From the NCBI GenBank assembly GCA_015680685.1, contig MNCI01001065.1, forward strand, positions 1,325,447 through 1,389,446: DNA of 64,000 nt. Direction: 5' to 3'. Shown piece after piece: positions 62,901-64,000 of this stretch. Each line of letters starts with the position of its first letter. The stretch's first letter is position 1. This DNA comes from Gnetum montanum (Eukaryota; Plantae; Gnetophyta). Under the pieces are notes generated by a model. That model made no database searches. It was not told where the DNA came from and saw nothing but the letters and a program-made list of their open reading frames with translations. The translations under genes were made by a program, and so were the position numbers.

Positions 62901-63624
62901 CATGTTTCCTCCTGAAGCTGAAACACCTAAGCCTGTCTTGTTGACCTTTCTGGACGAGTCTGTTAAAGATGATCCGGAGAAAGGTCAAGTAACGACTGAG
63001 CCCATGTTCATCACTATTCGGGTCAGCCAGTACCGGATCCGGACGGTGCATGTGGATGATGGTGCAGCTGCTAACGTTGCTCCCTATTCCATCATGGATA
63101 GGCTGGGTTTGGTCGACCAGATCACTCCAACGACGACAGCCTGCGTAAAATCATTCAATGGAGCACGGGTTCAGGTCAAGGGGACGGTGCGTATTGAGTT
63201 TGTGGCGGGGAATCAATTCCCAACGGAAGCCACGTTCTTAGTTGTTGAGGAGATGCCTGGCTTCAACCTGATCTTAGGGAGGTCTTGGTTAGCCCAGCTG
63301 AGGGCGGTCTCGTCGCTGATCCATCAGGAGATACACCTGCCCTACGCTGGAGGGGAGGTTGTCATACGCAGCGATGAGGTCACCCCCAGGATCGTTAACA
63401 ATATCGAAGAAGAACGAGGTTCGGAGATCGAAACGGCTGACGATCAGTCCCATCTCCAAGCCCCTGAACAAGACAACAACAAAGACAATGGAGACAATAG
63501 TCTCGCCTGGGCCGACCTGCCATTTCCAGATGACAGCGTAGAGGAGTCAAACCCCAAACCTCCTCGCCCTTACGCAGTGCTCGACGTGAAAGCCATTCAG
63601 AAAAAATTGCGTATCGACAACTGA
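59983..63624 (+). pseudogene. gag: E3 gag-protease, one frame of ~1210 codons with four premature stops, ending at its natural stop
   Basis: ORF-track segments 59650, 60433, 60943, 61432 and 62788 share one frame. Stops at 60409, 60940, 61414 and 62767 are TAG/TAA; the last two align to Gln in E1. Motifs CDYHQMCGHDTDYC, HVDDGAAANV, LILGRSWL. Confidence 0.93.
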
Positions 63625-63855
63625 ACAATGGTCATCTGCATATAGCATTATTCACGTGTAAGTTAGCGTACTCCCCGTTTGACAGCTTTTTTGTTTATTT
63701 TCAATACATTTTTACGCTACGTTTGTTTTATCTATGTTTACGCTTGGCATTTTCCTGCATGTTTTATCTACGTTTACGCTTGTTATTTTCGTGCGTGTTA
63801 GTTGTGCTCATTCCTTTACGCATTTATCCCGGATTACATTTACGCAAGTTATCTT

Positions 63856-64000
63856 TTACGCTCTTGGCCCGCAACGGCCTTAAACTAGTTATTCTTACGC
63901 TCTTGGCCCGCAACGGCCTTAAACTAGTTATACTTATGCTCTTGGCCCACAACGGCCTGAAACTAGTTATTCTTATGCTCTTGGCCCGCAACGGCCTTAA
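63856..64000. repeat. 39-bp tandem array after the E3 gag-PR stop
   Basis: ttacgctcttggcccgcaacggccttaaactagttattc at 63856, 63895, 63934 and 63973. Confidence 0.95.

Larger units (their letters stand above)
58185..64000 (+). mobile_element. E3: young Tat-family element (5' LTR, PBS, gag-PR, start of tandem array); continues beyond the window
   Basis: LTR termini homologous to the E1 LTRs; CpG-rich; gag-PR without frameshifts. Confidence 0.93.

Overview
Plant heterochromatin-type window made entirely of nested, mostly decayed LTR retrotransposons. I see no intact host gene, and CG/CHG C>T decay is strong except in the youngest element. The main player is a Ty3/gypsy Tat-lineage family (TGAAACACC 5' LTR terminus, tRNA-Asn PBS, RT-RH-aRH-INT order), present as at least four copies plus LTR fragments. 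E1 is complete (3576-20584, minus strand, TSD TTACT) and sits inside an older relative E2 (<1-27780, minus). E4 spans ~44190-57431 (plus) and the young E3 runs from 58185 past the window end (plus). Key observation: in E1 the polyprotein is split. Gag-PR ends in a stop and is followed by a tandem-repeat array, then a ~4.3 kb antisense multi-intron gene, and only then RT-RH-aRH-INT, which begins behind a splice acceptor and an in-frame ATG. The antisense gene encodes an FCP1/NIF (HAD phosphatase)-like domain, a PMD/Transposase_32-like domain and a coiled-coil region. It recurs at the same position and orientation in E2 and E4, with shared intron positions, while each subfamily carries its own palindromic motif arrays in the LTR. 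Also present: a pol-less Sirevirus-like Copia (49707-56080), CRM-like and Athila-like relics, a solo LTR with TSD, and templated-filler scars. All domain calls come from motif recognition by eye, not from database searches.
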